Below, piece by piece: positions 45,070-55,260 of a stretch of DNA of 64,000 bases (position 1 is the first letter of the stretch; every line of letters begins with the position of its first letter). The DNA lies in the IMG/VR virus record IMGVR_UViG_3300037010_002844, positions 62,001 through 126,000 of that record; one strand, written 5' to 3'. The notes under the pieces were generated by a model. That model worked only from the letters and a program-made list of their open reading frames with translations. It was not told the origin of the DNA and ran no database searches. Made by a program: the position numbers and the translations under genes.

Positions 45070-45309
45070 TCACTCGAACAGATTGTGGAGACATGGGTAA
45101 TCCACGGGCTGCAGCAGAACGGCGCCAAAGGCGCCCGACTTGCTCTGAAAGCCGAAAACATACTTCACCGCAATCCAAAGGCAACGATACCACGGATGAT
45201 AGTGCGACAGAAAGACCTCGGTCGTCACGAGGCCGTCTTCAGTGTCAACTGCAATACATAACGTGTGTTCAGCACAACCGCACTGGCACTCGTAGTATTC
45301 CCTCTCCAC
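45070..45309 (-). CDS. Small hypothetical protein
   Basis: CQCGCAEH and W.R.W.AVKYVFG. Confidence 0.5.
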   Translation of the reverse strand: MEREYYECQCGCAEHTLCIAVDTEDGLVTTEVFLSHYHPWYRCLWIAVKYVFGFQSKSGAFGAVLLQPVDYPCLHNLFE

Positions 45310-45349
45310 GAGAAAGAAGTATAACCTACGTTAGGTCGACTGTTTCAAC

Positions 45350-45613
45350 TCACGTCTGCTGGATGAATTGCCAGAGGGCGTCTTCAGCCACAGCGTACAT
45401 CTTCTCGTCGAGCTCAGCCAGTGTCTTGTTGGCGATCTGCATCAACTCACGGGCCTGTGACGGATTCTCAGCGCGAAGCTGGATGAACCGCTTGACGTGC
45501 TGGCGGATCCGATCAGTGCAGTCGTCCGTCGCCTGACGCACCATGAACTCTGGGACGCCGCGCATGAACTCCTCGCAGATGATCTGCCTCAGATCTCCCA
45601 GACGAACCTTCAT
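45350..45613 (-). CDS. Small protein with a DLRQIICEE leader
   Basis: 87 aa, third gene of a coupled triplet. Confidence 0.6.
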   Translation of the reverse strand: MKVRLGDLRQIICEEFMRGVPEFMVRQATDDCTDRIRQHVKRFIQLRAENPSQARELMQIANKTLAELDEKMYAVAEDALWQFIQQT

Positions 45614-45972
45614 CAGGACTCCGACTTGCCCTTCAGAGCACGAGCCCAGGCGCCCTTGACCGCGCTACCGACCTGCGACATCATGGTCTCAGTCGCGCCC
45701 TCGGCGGCCTGCTTCAACTGCTCGTAGGTCGCATCGTCAAATTCACGTGAGCCCTCGTCGTACTTGTCGGCGTGTGCCAACAGCAGTGCATGCATCACAG
45801 AATTACTGAAGTGGCGCTCGAGGTTGCCCAAGGCCTGCGAAATGTTCTGCGACTCGAGAGGATCCTTGACGGCAGTGTTGCCGGCACGAAAGAGCGCCGG
45901 CGACAGTCCGACTTCGGAGATGACACTTTCGCGGATCAGGCGACGTAGGGTTCCCAACTTGATCTTCATCAC
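45613..45972 (-). CDS. Small protein with a TLRRLIRES leader
   Basis: 119 aa, coupled start/stop. Confidence 0.6.
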   Translation of the reverse strand: MMKIKLGTLRRLIRESVISEVGLSPALFRAGNTAVKDPLESQNISQALGNLERHFSNSVMHALLLAHADKYDEGSREFDDATYEQLKQAAEGATETMMSQVGSAVKGAWARALKGKSES

Positions 45973-46391
45973 AGTTCCTCTGAATCGTTGTGGTCAATGA
46001 CAGAAGCCACGGCCTCGTAGATGCCGTCTGACAGGTCGTTCAACCGCGAGCTGATCTCAACGGTAATATTTGCGCGGAGATCTTCGAGATCATCAACGTA
46101 CTCCAGCGATTCCTTGAGGGTCCGAGGAGTGATGCGGTTCAACCCATCAGACTTCCGGTAGGTCTCCTCCGCGATGATTGCGTAGGCCTTCTTTTGGAAA
46201 TTCTCGACCGCCGAGGTCGCCTCTTCGAAGACAAGCTGCGAAAGACGTTCCTGGATGACCAACTGCGTGTCGGTGTCAAATCCACTGACCATTTCCTTGA
46301 ACGAGGGCTCACGGCGCTTTTCCAGCGCCGTTTGCACTTCTTCCTGAATGATCTCGTTGATTCGGACGGCCTGCCGAGGCGTGATTCTCAT
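45969..46391 (-). CDS. Protein with an INEIIQEE leader
   Basis: 140 aa; ATACTTA box upstream. Confidence 0.6.
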   Translation of the reverse strand: MRITPRQAVRINEIIQEEVQTALEKRREPSFKEMVSGFDTDTQLVIQERLSQLVFEEATSAVENFQKKAYAIIAEETYRKSDGLNRITPRTLKESLEYVDDLEDLRANITVEISSRLNDLSDGIYEAVASVIDHNDSEEL

Positions 46392-46396
46392 GCAGG

Positions 46397-46403
46397 TAAG
46401 TAT
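46397..46403 (-). promoter_or_regulatory. Representative ATAnTTA box, candidate late promoter
   Basis: Also at 4248, 8332, 27610, 30050, 30326, 31922 and 56568 (CTACTTA at 41799), each just upstream of a start codon. Confidence 0.6.
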
Positions 46404-46404
46404 C

Positions 46405-49400
46405 TCACCCGCATTTGCTGTTTCCGCAGTTCATGCAAGTAACGCATCCCTGCTGATAGGCGAGCGACGTCGAGGCACAGATCGGGCAACACTTTTCCTG
46501 CGTTGCCTTGGTCCCATCCACGATGTAGTGCTTGCTCAACGTTCGCGCGATAACCGTCGAGAACGAGAACAGATCGCTGTGCTTGTCCTTGCGGAGCTGC
46601 TCGACGACAAGGTGAACTGGTACTCCATGTCGAAGTGTCATCGACAAGGTTCGAGTGTGCGCTCCGTACAACGGATTGTCGAAGAGGTTGACAATGTCCT
46701 TATAGAGAAGGAAATTGTCGTCCAGGTCGACGCGGAGGTTGTACGTGGACACCCCGTCAGCGTTCTTGCCGTTCTTGATGAGGACGCCCTTCTTGGCCTT
46801 CCTCGGGACTTCAACCTGTTCTGACAGTCCGGCGAACAGCTCGTAAGGCTTGCCGTTCATGAGGCCCACGAAGACCAGGTACTTCTCACCCTTGATCGAA
46901 ACGTGGTGAATGTCACACTCCAGCTCCTTCGGACGCTTCAGAGAGTGAGACTCGGCGATATTCTTGGGTTGGTCCGCCGCTGTCTTCTTCTCGTCCTTGA
47001 TGAGGACGCCATCACGAGAACCATCTCGATAGATGGTGACGCCCTTGCAACCAGTCTCCCAACCGCGCATGTAGATCTGCTTCACCACATCGACCGGCGT
47101 GTCACTCGGAATGTTGGTGGTGTTCGAGATGGAGTGACAGACCCACTTCTGAGCTGCGGCCTGGACGTCGATCTTCTTGACCCAGTCGATGTCATTCGAC
47201 GTGGCACCGAAGTAAGGCGACTTTTCCACGTCGGTCTCACCAGTGACGTCCATCCACTTCTTGAATCCGTGGTGATAGACCGTGTACTCCTGCCACTTGT
47301 CGCCCATGGCGTCAACGAAGTCGACACGAGCATCCAAGTCATTCGGATTGATCTTCTTCCTTCGCTTGTAGCTCAGGAGGAAGGCGGGCTCGCAGCCAGA
47401 TGTAGTCTGGGTCAAGATGGAGACAGAGCCAGCTGGCGCTGTCGTCGTCAAGGCGATGTTGCGACGTCCATAGAGACGATACTGATCACGGAGCTCATGA
47501 TCAGCGTCCATCACTTGTTCAATGAAAGGATGTCCCTCTTCCACCTTGTGGGAAAAAATCGGGAAGGGACCACGATCACGTGCCATCTCAACAGTCGAGC
47601 GGTAGGCACCCAACGCGAGGCCCTTATAGATCTGCTCAGTGACGTTGATAGACTCGTCCGAACCGTACTTGATGTTGAGGTAGGCCAAGGCATCGCCCAA
47701 GGCAGTGATGCCCAAGCCGGTGCGACGACCATTGATTGCAGTGTTGCGGATCTTGGTCCATAGCTCGATTTCGGGCCGCTTCACGTCAGCGGGCTCAGGG
47801 TCATTCTCGATCTTCTGCATGATTCGATCAATGGCCTCGAGCTCCAGGTCGACGAGATCGTCCATCAACTTCTGCGCCTTCTTAACAACATCGTTGAAGC
47901 GCACGAAGTCAAAACTGGCGTGAGGAGTAAATGGATCTCTGACGAAGCGAGCGAGGTTGACGAGAAGCAAACGACATGAATCGTAAGGCGACAGCGTAAT
48001 CTCACCGCATTGTTCGCTAGCGATTATTACGTTTGCTTGATTTTGGAACTGTACAAGCTTTTCGTCACCAACATACATGCACAGTGTGTGCTCTCCGTCG
48101 ACAGTGCCGTTGTACACGTCTTCGACACCCGCGGGTTCAACGCTGATCACGCGGTGATTGTGCAATGCCGCGGCCTCTTTCAGGGCAGACCAGGACGCAA
48201 AACCGTTTTTGGTACCGATTCGTGCCGGCACATCCAAGCGTCGACATTCGGCAACCCACTCTCTTCCCAAGGGCTCTCTACCCAACGTAAACCTAAGTGA
48301 GGTAAAGGCGTCAAGTTGCTGTTTTCGCGTTACTTCTGCACGATCAGCGTGAAGCTTCTTCAGGTTCTCTGCCCGTGCAACGTTCTTATTGGCCTTCCTG
48401 TTTGCGTAGAGGTTGGAACACGAATGTGAGCAGAATGCCTGTTCACGTCGGCAGTACGGCAGCGCGAACATTTCGTTGCACCACTCACACGTCCGGTTGA
48501 CGTACAGCTCACCGTCGATCACATCGACATCATAACCTTCTTCAAGGGCCTGAACGTACGTACGTTGAATCCTCGTGTCGAGTTCTGGTGTTGAGATGTC
48601 GACCTCTCGAGCCGCCCAGCACGACAGGTCGTAGAAGCTTCCCAGCTCGCTGCGACGCCAGGCCGAAAACGACATCGGCAGCGACCGTTGTTTAGCGTAA
48701 GCGTACCACTCGTTCAGTGAAACGCGGCGGCCGAGCGACCGGGTCAACCCCAGCACGTGTTGGCGGATGTCATCATTGGTGACGTTGTCATAGGCACGCG
48801 GATTGTTGGCCCCACCGACGCTCTCGCTCATCTTCGCCGAATATTCAGCAAACTTGCCAGCGACTTTATGAGCAACCCAAAGTTGATCGCCATTCAACAG
48901 CTCGTCGACTCGCTTCCGGGATCCGTCACGCATGATCATCGTGTGGTTTCCGGTGGCCTTAAAAGTGTGACCTCCCTCAATGGTCACCTTGAACACAGGA
49001 ACTCCCTTACCGGTAAGCCTAGGATTCCTCATCAGGCGGATGCCAATTTTTCCTGTGGCCTCCTGGTAACAATAGACCGGCAAGTCCTTGCCTTCGTCAG
49101 CTAGCTGCTTGATGGGCACGTAACCCCTTCCGTCAGCGACGGCGATAAGAGTTTCTCCCGTAATGCACGGGTTGGTGCTCGTCGAGCCGTAACCAAACGC
49201 AGCGTAGGCATCTGCTGGCCCGCGGCGCAGGACAGTGTCCCAGAACAGCAAACCGGGTTCAGCAGATTCCCATGCTGCCTGGATGATCTCATGCCACAGT
49301 TGGCGAGCGTCTACCTGTTCCTCGACGATGTGAGGAACGTCTTTGTCAACTGGAAACCGCAGTTGAACCTGCGTACCCGCCTTAACGGCGTTCATGAACT

Positions 49401-50046
49401 CGTCTGTCAAACGAATCGATATGTTGGCGCCCGTGACCTTCTTCTTGTTCTTCTTGATGTTGATGAAGGTGCGAATCTCCGGGTGGTGCACCGACACTGT
49501 CAACATCAGCGCGCCTCGGCGGCCGCCTTGGGCCACCTCGCGACAGGTATTACTGTAGCGCTCCATGAAGATGCCCAGGCCATCGGTGGTGCGGGCAGCG
49601 TTGGCAGTCTCGATACCCTTCGGGCGAATCGTCGAGATGTCAAAACCCACGCCGCCGCGACGCTTCATGATCTGCGCCTGTTCCTGGTCAGTCTTTAGGA
49701 TGCCGCCATAGGAATCATAAGGGCTCTCGATAACGAAGCAGTTGCTCAACGACTGAAACTGGTACGGATTGCCAACTGCCGACATGGGTGATCCCTGTGG
49801 GACCACGTCCCATGAAGAGAAGAGCTCATAGATCTCTTGCTCTGACATGGCGTTCGGATACCGTGTCTCGATGCGAGCAAACTCCCGCGCCTCGCGCCGG
49901 TGCATGTCGTCAGGGGTAGCCTCGTAAATGTTTCCCTTAAGATCCTGCAGCGCATACTTGCCTGCAAAGACCTCACCCGCCAGCTCATCTCCACGAAAAT
50001 ACTCGATCGACGCATCGCGAACGTGCTGATACGTGAAAGTCCTCAT
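46405..50046 (-). CDS. nrdJ: Class II (B12-dependent) ribonucleotide reductase with a cis-intein
   Basis: SNCFVI, GGVGFD, RRGALM, EPGLLFWD, STNP|intein|CGE, RRTGLG, TTAPAGS, SNTTN, KGVTIYRDGSR and C-terminal CPIC..GCVTCMNCG. Confidence 0.92.
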   Translation of the reverse strand: MRTFTYQHVRDASIEYFRGDELAGEVFAGKYALQDLKGNIYEATPDDMHRREAREFARIETRYPNAMSEQEIYELFSSWDVVPQGSPMSAVGNPYQFQSLSNCFVIESPYDSYGGILKTDQEQAQIMKRRGGVGFDISTIRPKGIETANAARTTDGLGIFMERYSNTCREVAQGGRRGALMLTVSVHHPEIRTFINIKKNKKKVTGANISIRLTDEFMNAVKAGTQVQLRFPVDKDVPHIVEEQVDARQLWHEIIQAAWESAEPGLLFWDTVLRRGPADAYAAFGYGSTSTNPCITGETLIAVADGRGYVPIKQLADEGKDLPVYCYQEATGKIGIRLMRNPRLTGKGVPVFKVTIEGGHTFKATGNHTMIMRDGSRKRVDELLNGDQLWVAHKVAGKFAEYSAKMSESVGGANNPRAYDNVTNDDIRQHVLGLTRSLGRRVSLNEWYAYAKQRSLPMSFSAWRRSELGSFYDLSCWAAREVDISTPELDTRIQRTYVQALEEGYDVDVIDGELYVNRTCEWCNEMFALPYCRREQAFCSHSCSNLYANRKANKNVARAENLKKLHADRAEVTRKQQLDAFTSLRFTLGREPLGREWVAECRRLDVPARIGTKNGFASWSALKEAAALHNHRVISVEPAGVEDVYNGTVDGEHTLCMYVGDEKLVQFQNQANVIIASEQCGEITLSPYDSCRLLLVNLARFVRDPFTPHASFDFVRFNDVVKKAQKLMDDLVDLELEAIDRIMQKIENDPEPADVKRPEIELWTKIRNTAINGRRTGLGITALGDALAYLNIKYGSDESINVTEQIYKGLALGAYRSTVEMARDRGPFPIFSHKVEEGHPFIEQVMDADHELRDQYRLYGRRNIALTTTAPAGSVSILTQTTSGCEPAFLLSYKRRKKINPNDLDARVDFVDAMGDKWQEYTVYHHGFKKWMDVTGETDVEKSPYFGATSNDIDWVKKIDVQAAAQKWVCHSISNTTNIPSDTPVDVVKQIYMRGWETGCKGVTIYRDGSRDGVLIKDEKKTAADQPKNIAESHSLKRPKELECDIHHVSIKGEKYLVFVGLMNGKPYELFAGLSEQVEVPRKAKKGVLIKNGKNADGVSTYNLRVDLDDNFLLYKDIVNLFDNPLYGAHTRTLSMTLRHGVPVHLVVEQLRKDKHSDLFSFSTVIARTLSKHYIVDGTKATQEKCCPICASTSLAYQQGCVTCMNCGNSKCG
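48010..49167 (-). mobile_element. Cis-intein (386 aa) in NrdJ ending in Gln
   Basis: CITGETLIAV, KATGNH (block B), VYNGTVDGEHTL (block F) and terminal ASEQ|C; internal CEWC/CSHSC zinc motif. Confidence 0.88.
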
Positions 50047-50128
50047 TCAGTTATTCTCCATGGCATTGAAGATGGTTTTCGCCGGCCAAGCGAAGCAGCC
50101 CATTGAGCAGACATAACTATACCGAGAT

Positions 50129-51592
50129 TCAGCTCAGCCCTGAACTGCCCGAACCTTCGCTCCCTCCGTCGCCAAAGCCGGACTTTTTCATCTTGTCGCC
50201 GAGCAGGGGGTCATTGCGAAGCTCCTTCCACTTCACGCGAAGGGCGCGCTTCACTTCATCCTCGTCTTCCTTGACGGCTGCGTCCAACGAACCGGCGTTG
50301 CCAACGATCTCGAACTTGCTTTTCGAGGTATCGATTTTTACCGAATAGACGAGGCCATCACGGCCCGCACGGTTCTTGGCGACGTAGAGGCGACCAAATC
50401 CCGTAGCCTTCTCGTGAGCGCGTCTCGAGATGCTCAACACCACGTCAGCGACCATCGCCTTGCCATAGGCCTCACTCATGTTGCCAAGGTCAACAATGTC
50501 GCTGTTGGAGCCTTCCTTGTTGGACTGCGATGCGGTCCAGATTGGGATGCTCTTCTCCGCTGAGAAACCGCGAAGTTCCTCGTAGATCAGCTTCAACTCA
50601 TGACGCAGCGAATCGTACTGCCGCGTCGATCGCATGATGTCAGCGTAGTCGATGATGATGAGGCCAGGCCTGAAGCCCTTGACGTCCAACCGCTCGATGT
50701 GATTGCGAAGGGTGTAGATACTGGCCGTGTTGGTCGGGAACTCCTTGATGATGAGGCGACCCAACTTCATGCCTTTGTAGTTGTCGAGGACTTTCTCTTT
50801 GTTGTCAATGACGTGGTTAGAGTCGATGTCACAGAGGTTTGAATCATAGCGGCGGCCGACGGCCGCCTCAGAGAGCTCAAACGTGTAGTGAAGAACGTCG
50901 ACCTGATTGCGCAGTGCGTTGGCGCCCAGGAACGTCAACATGTGGCTCTTGCCCACGCCGGTGGGAGCAACGATGACGCCGATCTCGCCGCTACCCAGGC
51001 CACCGTTGAGAATGTCCTTCTTGTCGAGCTCGTCTAGTCCCGTGGCCACGCAGTTGCGTTGAAGTTGGGTGAAGCGCGCCTCGAAGTCATTAAAGAAATC
51101 ATGGCCCAATTGTGGGGCAGTGCCCACCATCACTGCCTTCTTGATGCCTTCGACAATTGACTCGTATTTCTCGGCCTGCATGTCATCGACCGCACTCTCC
51201 AGCGCGGCCTTGAGGGCCTGCTTGCGACAGAAGTCCAGCGACTTTTCCTTGACGTACTGGAGGTCACCCGGGTCAGGGTTAGCCCGCATACGCTGCAGGT
51301 AGTCGATGATCTGATCACGGAGCACCGTGTCTGTGCCCACCTTCAACTCATCACGGATGATGGTGATGAGTAGTTGCAGGGTCGGAAAGACCTTGTATTT
51401 CTTTGCGTAACCGAAATAACGATCAGCCAAGAAGGCGAGGTACTTCAGTTCTAGATACCCATTGTCAAAAACCTCGAGCATCTGCTCGGCAAACTGCCTG
51501 TCGACCAACAAGGCCTGGACGAACTTCTCCTGAAATGACTTTCCGTACGTTCCGAATGTTGCCTTGGTGGTGATCCTGTCGTCGCTCATCAT
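50129..51592 (-). CDS. dnaB: Replicative DnaB/gp41-like helicase
   Basis: APTGVGKS, YTFELSE, IIIDYAD, PIWTASQ and KNRAG. Confidence 0.92.
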   Translation of the reverse strand: MMSDDRITTKATFGTYGKSFQEKFVQALLVDRQFAEQMLEVFDNGYLELKYLAFLADRYFGYAKKYKVFPTLQLLITIIRDELKVGTDTVLRDQIIDYLQRMRANPDPGDLQYVKEKSLDFCRKQALKAALESAVDDMQAEKYESIVEGIKKAVMVGTAPQLGHDFFNDFEARFTQLQRNCVATGLDELDKKDILNGGLGSGEIGVIVAPTGVGKSHMLTFLGANALRNQVDVLHYTFELSEAAVGRRYDSNLCDIDSNHVIDNKEKVLDNYKGMKLGRLIIKEFPTNTASIYTLRNHIERLDVKGFRPGLIIIDYADIMRSTRQYDSLRHELKLIYEELRGFSAEKSIPIWTASQSNKEGSNSDIVDLGNMSEAYGKAMVADVVLSISRRAHEKATGFGRLYVAKNRAGRDGLVYSVKIDTSKSKFEIVGNAGSLDAAVKEDEDEVKRALRVKWKELRNDPLLGDKMKKSGFGDGGSEGSGSSGLS

Positions 51593-52566
51593 TCCTCTGA
51601 TTTGTTGCCTAGGTTGTCGATGCCGTTGAACGCGTAGAAGAAACCTTCTGCATCAAAGTCATTGACGCCCTCTTTGATAAGGGCCTTGATCAGCCCCATC
51701 CTATCGATGCGGGGTCTAAATGTACTGATCAGGTGGTCAACCTTCGAAGCCTGGTGCGCTGATAGCATTGAACCATCGAGGAACACCAACTTCCAGTTAC
51801 GCTTGACCTCTTCCTCATGATCAACGATACGTTGATAGAGCACGCTCTCGTCAGCATGAGAGTGACAAAACTTGAGCACGTCCTCGAGCAACACTTCCTC
51901 TTCTAGAGACAAGAAAGGCAGCACGCGAGCGACAGTCTTGAAGCCTAAACCTTTGACGCCCGGAATGTTGTCGCTCGGGTCACCACACAGTGCCTTGGCC
52001 AAGGCGAAGTTGTGAGGCTGCACTCGGAAGTCCTTGACAACGTCTTCCGGGACGATGTAGGTCTTCTTGTGCAAATTGTAGACTCGAGTGTTCTCGTCTA
52101 GCAACTGGTACATGTCCTTGTCGCTGGAAGCGATGACCTTGGGGACAGCCTTGAAGGGACCACGAGCTAGGTAGGCGATGACATCGTCACCCTCACAGTC
52201 CGAAACGTAGATCTGACAAACCGGGCAACACTTCAGCATGCCGAGCAACGCGATGATCTGGTGCTGACGATTCTCTTCTGTGTCTGGGATGTCGTCCTCA
52301 TAGAAGCGGTTTAGCTTCCCGGGTTTTCGGTTGAGCTTGTACTCGGAATAGAGGGCTCGACGCCTCTGTGAGCCTCCGCCCTCCCAAGCGATGTAGACCG
52401 CCGAAGGTCCGATCTCGTTGACGAGACGTTGAAGCGTCTTCAGGAATCCGATGCAACCGCCCATTTGGTAGCCATGGGCGCTCATCGAGGGGTACGCACT
52501 GTAGCTACGTACGAAGAGGTTCATACTATCCACAATAAGGACAGGTCTTTGTACGTTATTTTGCAT
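51589..52566 (-). CDS. 5'-3' exonuclease/flap nuclease (T4 RNase H or PolA N-terminal-like)
   Basis: LIVDSMN, EGDDVIA, SSDKDMYQL and GDPSDNIPGVKGLG. Confidence 0.92.
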   Translation of the reverse strand: MQNNVQRPVLIVDSMNLFVRSYSAYPSMSAHGYQMGGCIGFLKTLQRLVNEIGPSAVYIAWEGGGSQRRRALYSEYKLNRKPGKLNRFYEDDIPDTEENRQHQIIALLGMLKCCPVCQIYVSDCEGDDVIAYLARGPFKAVPKVIASSDKDMYQLLDENTRVYNLHKKTYIVPEDVVKDFRVQPHNFALAKALCGDPSDNIPGVKGLGFKTVARVLPFLSLEEEVLLEDVLKFCHSHADESVLYQRIVDHEEEVKRNWKLVFLDGSMLSAHQASKVDHLISTFRPRIDRMGLIKALIKEGVNDFDAEGFFYAFNGIDNLGNKSEE

Positions 52567-52600
52567 TTCAATACCGCCTACCCAATACAGGATCTATACC

Positions 52601-53520
52601 ATGCCTACCAAGATCGTCATACCGCCAGAGAACATCAATGAGATGCGTAATTTGTTCTGTTCTGGCGCCAGCATCCCAGAGCTCATGCTAAAGTACGGTC
52701 TCTCACGGAACAAGGTCACTGCTACCCTTCAAAACGCTCTGGGCGAGGAATACACGACATATGCTCAGAAGATCATCGCCGGTTGTGCTGTAAAATCTGC
52801 TGACAAACGGCGTGGGCGCAAACAAAACCGAACTCCGAAGTGGAACGCTAAAATCGCTGATGCAAATCGAGGAAAGAAACGATTAGAAGAGACAAAAGCT
52901 AAGATCAGCGAAGCATCACGCACACGCTTCGAGCGTGGCACCTGGTCGAAAGAAAAACACATTGAGGCTATGAAGAAGGCCGTACAAACCAAGCGTAAGA
53001 ACGGCTACTTTCAGTTTCATTCACAGCGTCATTCTGAGTAGACGAAGGAACACACACCGATGCGTGGTAAGAAAATGTCAGATGAGGCGTGGCAAAAGAT
53101 GCGTAAAGCAAAAACGCTTTTTTGAACTGGGTGGTGAGCCCTCGCACTTAGATCGCATCATTCCTGCACATGAATGTCAAAAACATAGTGAAAATACCAA
53201 GCGCATGTGTGCAAATGGCAAATTTTCATACGGCGACGGTTCTGTAATGCGTAGTAAGCTCGAAAAACGTATCTACGATCAAGCGCTCACCGTCTTTCCA
53301 GACGCTCAACACTCACGTTGGCTCACTGTCAATGACACCACGTACGTCTTCGACATCTTCATCCCATCGATCAAGACGTTCATCGAAGTCAATGGGAACT
53401 ATTGGCACCTTAACTCACGGATCTACGAGGCCACACACACCACGACGCATACCGTGATGTGATGGCTTCAGAGATCTGGGAACGAGACGCTGTAAAACGT
53501 CACGTCGCTGAATCTCAAGG
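52601..53520 (+). pseudogene. Disrupted homing endonuclease (HTH + NUMOD3-like + Vsr/DUF559)
   Basis: TAG at 53039-41, then PMRGKKMS and a slip in an A run; downstream SKLEKR, FDIFIP..FIEVNGNYWH and a further frameshift before RD..K..GY. Confidence 0.7.
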
Positions 53521-53563
53521 CTATCGTGTCATCAATCTTCCACTGCAGCCTGACGTCCATCCG

Positions 53564-54013
53564 TCACTGCCTCCCCGTGCTACCGAAGCCGCCCTGTCCG
53601 CGATCAGTCAACGATAGCTCTTCCGAGCCCTCGAAGACCGCCTGAATAACTGGCGCAATCACCAATTGGGCAATCCTGTCGCCTTTTCGAACATAGAAGT
53701 GAGTGTTCGAAGAATTGCGCAGGATGACCTTCACCTCGCCTCGGTAGTCAGAATCAATGGTTCCTGGTGAGTTCAACACGGAGATTCCATGCTTTGCAGC
53801 CAGACCTGACCGCGATCGAACCTGTCCCTCGTACCCAGGCGGAATTTCGAGGAACAATCCCGTCGAGATCAGTGCCTGGCCATGCGCCCTGACTTCCTTG
53901 TCCTCGTCAGCAATGATGTCACAGCCCGCCGCGCCGGCCGTTTGATAGGCCGGCGCATTGGGACCGCGAAACTTGATGGTGACCTTGGTGACGAAGTAGT
54001 CCTTGTCAGTCAT
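53564..54013 (-). CDS. dut: Trimeric dUTPase
   Basis: AGCDI, RSRSGLA, GTIDSDYRGE, RIAQLV and RGQGGFGSTG. Start at MTDKD overlapping the recA end. Confidence 0.93.
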   Translation of the reverse strand: MTDKDYFVTKVTIKFRGPNAPAYQTAGAAGCDIIADEDKEVRAHGQALISTGLFLEIPPGYEGQVRSRSGLAAKHGISVLNSPGTIDSDYRGEVKVILRNSSNTHFYVRKGDRIAQLVIAPVIQAVFEGSEELSLTDRGQGGFGSTGRQ

Positions 54014-55250
54014 CGCCCACGACCTCATCGTCATCAGAGTCAGGCGTTTCGCCTTCTCCCGCCACCTCGCCACCGTGAACGGTCAATGCTGCGTCAATGA
54101 CCTTGTCGATGAAAGGCTTGAAGACCTCGTCCTTCATCAAATCACCGAAGTCGTCCTTGTAGAACTTCTTCTCGATCAGGACTTCACCCGTCTCAGCATC
54201 GCTGACGAGCAGTTCCTTCCAGGCCTGGGTACCTGAAATCTTGATCTCCACCTTCTTCACGTTCCCCTTGGAGTCCGTGTAATCGGCAAAGACCTTGTTC
54301 TTATCGCACCATGAGCGACACTCATCGAAGATGAAGGTGTGTTCCACAATGCCTTTGCCGAAGTGAATGTCGAACTCACACTTTCGGAAAGGCGCCGCGA
54401 CCTTGTTCTTCTTGATAGAGACGGTCACGTGAATGCCGATGATGTTGCCTGCCTTGTCCTTGATGGGGCTGCCTGAGCCCAATCGAATCCGCAGCGAGGC
54501 GTGGAACGGAATGGCCTTGCCACCCGGGGTCGTCATCGGATCACCGTGCATCACCCCGATCTTTTCGCGGAGCTGGTTGATGCAGATGAACGTCACGTTA
54601 TTCTGACCGATGACGCCAGTGATCTTGCGCATACCCTTGCTGATGACGCGGGCCTGCAGACCGACCGTGTTCTGGTCGTAGTCGCCGTCGAGCTCTGCCT
54701 TCGGCGAGGTGGCAGCGACGGAGTCCCAAATCACGAGGATCGGGATGTTTTTGTCGACGATCTGCTTCGCCTTGTTGATCGTGGACTCCACGATGGCGAA
54801 GACCTCCTCGGTGCAGTGGGTATCGCAATAGACGAATTTCTTCGCCACGTTGATGCCCATGTGCCGCAGCTTATCAAGCGGCGTCGCGTTCTCAGTGTCT
54901 ACGTAAACAACGAGACCGCCCATCGACTGGACGACTGCTGCTGCATGGTATGCAAGGTGTGACTTGCCCGATGAAGGCAGGCCAGAGATCTCGATGATGC
55001 GTCCCTCGGGATAACCGCCCCCGAGAGCATTTCGAATCGCGTAGTTCAGTTGGATCGACCCTGTGTCGATCCACCGCTTAACAACCGTCGGTGCTTCGTC
55101 CTCACTCAGATTGTACGCCACCCGGACGCCGAACTCCTTGTTGAGCGCCTTGATGAGGTCGGAGGTGAGATCATCGATCTCATCCCCCGGCTTCTTCTTA
55201 GACGTCTTCTCGGAATCGACGTTGGGGGCTGCCTTAGCTGCCCTCGCCAT
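54006..55250 (-). CDS. recA: RecA/UvsX recombinase
   Basis: TGSIQL, EISGLPSSGKS, YVDTENA, IWDSVAA, INQLR, TPGGKA.PFHASLRI and KNKVAAPF. Confidence 0.93.
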   Translation of the reverse strand: MARAAKAAPNVDSEKTSKKKPGDEIDDLTSDLIKALNKEFGVRVAYNLSEDEAPTVVKRWIDTGSIQLNYAIRNALGGGYPEGRIIEISGLPSSGKSHLAYHAAAVVQSMGGLVVYVDTENATPLDKLRHMGINVAKKFVYCDTHCTEEVFAIVESTINKAKQIVDKNIPILVIWDSVAATSPKAELDGDYDQNTVGLQARVISKGMRKITGVIGQNNVTFICINQLREKIGVMHGDPMTTPGGKAIPFHASLRIRLGSGSPIKDKAGNIIGIHVTVSIKKNKVAAPFRKCEFDIHFGKGIVEHTFIFDECRSWCDKNKVFADYTDSKGNVKKVEIKISGTQAWKELLVSDAETGEVLIEKKFYKDDFGDLMKDEVFKPFIDKVIDAALTVHGGEVAGEGETPDSDDDEVVGDD

Positions 55251-55260
55251 GTCGCCTCAC

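Noticed and set aside
50043-50114. 23-codon leader ORF or cobalamin riboswitch upstream of nrdJ
   Set aside because: The gap is too short for a B12 riboswitch, nrdJ has its own GGAG, and the small ORF is probably incidental.
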